Shown here in pieces: positions 31,501-37,500 of a stretch of DNA of 64,000 nucleotides. The first letter of the stretch is position 1. Each line of letters begins with the position of its first letter. This DNA comes from a virus (lineage: Duplodnaviria; Caudoviricetes), in the IMG/VR virus record IMGVR_UViG_3300034019_000517, positions 2,056 through 66,055 of that record, one strand, 5' to 3'. Under the pieces are notes generated by a model that was not told where the DNA came from, did no database searches, and saw only the letters and a program-made list of their open reading frames with translations. The translations under genes were made by a program, and so were the position numbers.

Positions 31501-34500
31501 GGAGTAGAAGGAGCTACTGGGGTTTTATCAACTGGTTTAGGTTGACGTTCGTTTAGCAATTCTGCAAGTGCTCTAGCTTGAGAAATATCTGTATTAGCAA
31601 ATTTATCTGTTAGTACTTTTCCTGCAGCTTTAGTACGCAAATCAGTTTCAAGGTCTGGGTTTTCATCTAAGTAAAGAGCCCATAAAGCTTTATACTCTGT
31701 CCAACTTTGTTCTTTAGTTATTGAACGTAAAGGCGCTTTTCCTTTACCTAATTTCCAATCATTGCCTTGAGCTCTATAACCTTTTACATCTAGTTGGTAT
31801 GCTTCTTCTATAGTACGACCATCTTTTAATTTAGCAAACAAAGCACTGAATCGTTTATCTCCAGCAGAAGATACTTCATATGAATTAGCATCTGTTCTAG
31901 CCCATGTAATTAAAGGTTGTGAAGTAGATTTAGGTTGATTAGTTGATTTAGATAAAGATGCTTTAGTTAAAGAATAAACATCTTTAATAGCTTGTATAGA
32001 CTCAGGAGTCATTTTTCCATTATCTTGTCTACTTCCAATTCCAGCAAAATTTTTATGTAATATAGGTACAGTTGATTTTTCAAAAGTAGTTCCATTCCAT
32101 TTGTACCACTGGTTAGTTTTAGTATCAAAAACATTAACTTCTTTACCGTTAGCGATGGCCATTTCTACAGCATATCCGGTACCACCATCTACTGTGGTTC
32201 TTTTTGCATTTACTTTATAACCTTTTGAATTAATTTCATTTGGATATACAATAGGAGCAATAGCTATGACTTGTGTAGAGTTTTTAACTTGAAACCAGTT
32301 TCTACCTAATAAATTTGCATATTTATCTACCCAGGGTCTACCTAATACTTTAGCAGCTTCTTTTGCATGAGAAATTCCTTCGGCTAATTGTTCGTTGGTA
32401 AGCTCTTTATTACCTAAAGGTGTTTTATTATTAGACCAATAGTGATTGTGATTATTAAACCCAAAAGTTCTACCTATTGCATCAAACATACTATCAGCTC
32501 CAACAGCACCTCCACTGTGGTTTACAAAAGAATCTGTAGTATCTTGCGAATTTGAATCTGGTAGTAACTCAATATATTTTAGGTCTCTGTCTTTATTTAA
32601 AACTACTTCATTCCAAGTATTACCATATTCATCTGTAATTGGTTTAGGATTATATCCTTGTTTTTCAAGAACTCTTTTTACTTGATTTTCATAGAAATTA
32701 TAAATAGGTTTTAAAGCTCCAAATCCTTCAGGGCCTTCTATTCTAGCAAGTTCAGCTTTAATTTGGGTTATTTCAGTGTTTATGTTTTCGTTAGAAGTTA
32801 AAAACTGTAGATTTTCTTTGTATGCGTTTAATACATCTTCATTTGTAGGACGAGCTACTTTAAATTCACCTTCATTAGTTATTTTTTGTTTTGCCCAAAC
32901 TCCTCCTCTTTTACTATAATCTACTCTTTCTCCTTTGTCATTTTTAATAGAAAAATCTTTTACTGTAATTTCTTCAAAAGAAGCAACAGATTGTTTTTCA
33001 ATATTAGTTTGGAGCTCTTGTTCAAGTTGTTTAAGCCTAGTCTCTTTCTGCTTCTTAAACTCTTCCAATGTAGTATGTCCTTCTATTTTAGAAGCTGTAT
33101 TACCACTAGGAAATAATATTTTTTCATACCCTTGTTTAACGGCATCTTGAATGATTGAACGTATGAAGAATCCTACCCAATTGTTGTCGGTGTTTAGGAG
33201 TTGTAAGAATTGATTTTCTTTAGTATAATCTTGAGTTTCATTTAAGTAAGCTAAGTAAGCTTTATCGTAATCTTCTTGGGAATCAAAATTATGTGGATCA
33301 GGAACTTCTAACCCTTGAACCTCACTTACTAACTCCGTTTTATTTCTACCCTTCTGAAACAAATCAGATTGTATTTCTTGTACTCGGAGGGTTTTACCAG
33401 CCACTCTTTCATCTCTAGTAGCAGTTTCAAATTCTTTTCTCTGTTGCTCTACTAACTGATTTGCTTCTTCATTAGTTTTTCCTTCATACTCAGTTAAATG
33501 ATAAAAATATCCATCTAAATAATCTTCAATTGTAGTAGATCCTATAAACCCATCAAAATCATCTGTTTGTAATTGTCCTCCTAAAGGAAGTTGATTACCT
33601 GTTTTTTCGAGTTTATCATCCACTCTAACCCACCCAATTCCATTGTTAGTACTAAACTGAGCATGTCCTTTAATTGAAGGCATTATCAACGGAGTTCTGA
33701 ATTCTCTTTCTCTGTAGTTAGTTCCTCCAGGTGCTGCCATGTTAGCGTAATACTGAGTTGGTGCTCCTTTTGGTATTATCTCACCTTCACTATCATACTC
33801 AGGATCAGTAGAATCATAACTATAAGTTTGTGCAGAAGTATTAATATCAACCACAAAATTATAATTAAGTAACAACTCTGTTATTAATTGCTCACGATCT
33901 GTAGTACCTAAGTTTAATAAAATATTTTTTTGCTCTTTAGGAACTTCTAATTCAGTAAGTATTTTATCTAATGACCAATTATTTTTAGCACCTTTATTGA
34001 ATACCTGTACTCCTTTAGGTGACATTAAAAGATTCAGTGCTCTAAGCCTAAAATCAATTTTATTTTCACGAGTATTCAAACTCTGTTCAATAGCATCAAT
34101 AGGATCAAACATGAATTCCATATCCATATCTGAGGCATCTTTTAATGAGTCAAACAGATCATTAGGATTTGTTATAGAATCCGGTTCAGGTTTAGTTTCT
34201 GTAGGTTGTTGTGATTCTAAAGCAGCTAGTTCTGCATCATATTTAGCAATTATTTTTTGTTGTGCTTTTATTACTCTTTCTTTAGATTCTTTTTCTCTGT
34301 CAAATTTATCAGATTGATAAAATTCTAATAATTCTTTTTCTATAGGTATTCTTTCTTGTAACCATTCTTTTCTAAATAAATCCACATACTCTTTAATTTT
34401 ACCTTGTTCAAATTTTTCTTGATTTTCAATTCCTTTAATAGATTCAGCTTGTTCTATCAAATCAATAAGTTCTTTAGGTAAATACTTTTCTACCGATTTT

Positions 34501-37500
34501 CTACCTTGTTCTTTATTAATTATTAAAGCATTGCCTGTTTCAGGGTCAGTTGCTTGAAATTCTCCATTTTTTTGTTTAGGAAAAATATCCCATTTTTTGC
34601 CTGTAAATTGAACAAGAACTTCATATTTATCTCCTTTTATTTTTATTCTATAGCCTCCAGATTGGTCGGGAGGATAAATATTTAATACTTTTTGTAATCC
34701 TAATTCTTGTTTTCTTTTTTCTATATCAGCTTTTTTAGCTTCTATATCTAAACTACTTGACTGAGATTGTTTAGCTAATTCAGCGTTTCTTAATGCATCG
34801 TATTTGGCGTTGATTTTGTTTAAATAGTTTTTATTTGCTTGTTCTAATTTTTCTTTTCTTTCTTTTAACCAGTTGTCAGCTTGTTCTTTGTTTTTGAACG
34901 ATGCTGTTCTTACAATAGGTGCTTGAATCATTTTATCATTAGAATCAAATTTTGTTTCTTGAAGAACTTCTACTACTACTTCATAAGGATTATTGTTATA
35001 TTCTTCTTGCTCTTTTTTTGATAATTTATCAAATTCTTCTTTTGATAATGTAGCTAAAGGAATATCATTAGACTCTACAATAGCTTTATAACCAGTATTA
35101 AATTTATCACCTACATTTAAACCTTTTCTATTGGTTCTTGTTTTTGTACTTATTCTATCAGTATTTAATTCTTCTTGTCTACTATCTTCAATCTCTTTTA
35201 GTTTAGCTTCTATAGCTGAAATGTTAGGTTGAACTGATGATTTTGATTTTAGTTTAGTAATACTTTCTTCATATGCTGCAATTAAATCAAAAGCCTTTCT
35301 AGGTGCATTTAGTGTACTTGAAATTTCATCTCCTAATTTACCATCTCCATTATTTTGTAACCAACTAATATATGTTCCTTTAGTTAGATCTTCTGTAAAC
35401 TTAGGAATACCATTAACTTCTGCAAAGTAATCCAATAAAGCTTGAGTTACTGCAGTTCTGGTATTTGATTGAGTCTCTGGAAAAGAATCGCGTTTTCTTT
35501 GATTTGTAGGAATAGGAGTAGATTCAACCTGACTAGATTGTGTTGGAACGTTCGTTGGAGTACTTTCAACTGGGGCAGGAGTAGTTTTAATTGCAGTTTT
35601 AGTTAATTGATCTCCAATAACTTCTACAAAATCAAAAGTAATAACTGGTTGATCGAAAAAATTATATTCTTGAGTTTCAGAGATATACGTTTCCTTAACC
35701 TTAGTTAAACTATTATTGACTATGAAGTTTCTATAAGAGCCGTATTTTTGAACTTTAAGCTCTCCGTTATGTAAATATATAAACGAATAAGGATCTTTTG
35801 ATTGTAGACGTCCTAATTGAATCTGGAGGGGTTTAGAACCAAAGAGTGTTTTAATGAATGAAGGATCACTAATAGAAGCAGCTGTTAATTTTTGAGCTTT
35901 AGTTCCTTTTCTACCAATGTAAATACCGCCTTCGGTAATATTCATATAGAATCTATTACCTGGGATGTTGTCACCGTTTAATAGATCTTGGAAGCTTTCT
36001 CCTGACATTCTAGATACACTCATGTATTCGCCTATGAAATCTCTTAGGCCGGCAAGTGTAGATATGTCATGAGAAGTTAGTTTATAAACCTCTTTTTGGA
36101 CTGCTTTATCATTCGTTAAGTGTGCATTTAACGCATATTGAATGGTATCTAATACAGCACCATTCTTAGTTTTTTCCAGAGTAGTTGTAACAAAAGGTAC
36201 AGCTGCGAATTTACCCTCTACCGGAGTAGGCAGTACAATTGCTGGTGTACCATCGAATATTTTAGACCCATCTGTAACAATATTCTTAGTAGAACTTGTA
36301 GAAGGTCCTAAAAACGGAACTCCGGCTTTATAGATAACTATTTCATATTCAGAATGGTTAGTTACTCTAGTAGCTAGAATATCTGGGGTTTTAGTTTGAT
36401 ATAATTTACCAATTGACTTAAACTTAATAGAAAACTCAGGAAGGTTATCCATGTTTGCTAAAAGCCATTTTCTTAAAGCTAAAGCCAATTCAGCTTGTTT
36501 TTTAGGATGCCCAGGATCTTCGTCAGCTACGTTAGCATAACTTACTGTACCATCCGGATTTGTTACTTGTTGCAATATCCATGTAACATCATGAAGATAA
36601 CCAATTTTGTTACCTTCTTCATCCATAATTTTAATAGGAATACGTCCAACTTCGTTTTTTAAATCGTTGTAAGTTTCACGTACTCCTTGTGAGTTTACTA
36701 CATTATATTCAGTATCTATAGCAAGAGTTACAGTATCTCCTTTTTGGAAAAATATAGAAGACTCTATAAGTTTAAATAGCCCAGGATGTTTAGTATCAGA
36801 ATCAGAGACTTTGTAAATAGGAATTTTACCGCGTTTATTTACGGTACCTTTTACAAACTTCCACGCCCTTGATAAATAAGCTAATGCAGTTGCAGCCGGT
36901 ACTAACTTTTCTCCTACGAAAAGTATATTACCATTCTCTTCATATGCTCCATCTTCTTGTAGTTTATTACTTACAATTTCATCGAACATGTATGAAGTCA
37001 TATCTACTGTATCTGGGTCAGGTTCATTAGAAGTATTTATTTCTGCAGATCCTGTGACTGTTGGGTCTCCGGGGGTAGTTGTGTCGGTATCGGTTTTACC
37101 TTTTTCTTCATCGGTATCTTCGACCGGCGTTTCAGTAGTTGCTGAGTCTTGCGGGGTTTCTGGTTTTGGTTCCTCTTGGGTTGATGTCGTTGCATTCTTT
37201 GCATTAGCTATTTCTTCTTCAGCTTTACGTTTAGCTTCAGCTGCATCTGCGGCTTCTTTAGCTTTTTTAGCAGCTTCTTCTTGGAGTTTTCTCCAACCTA
37301 AAATAGTTTCAATATATTCTTCTCGCCCTTCTTTGCTTAAATGCTTAGTATAAGCTGAATTTGCAGTATTATAGCTATGGCGTAACTCTGCTAGTTTATT
37401 TTCATAGTCTTGTACTTCTTGTTCTTCAAATACAGACTCTTTGATTAACTCATTATATTGTTCTGCAGTTAAACCTACTCCATGGATTTTCTTAGCTTCC

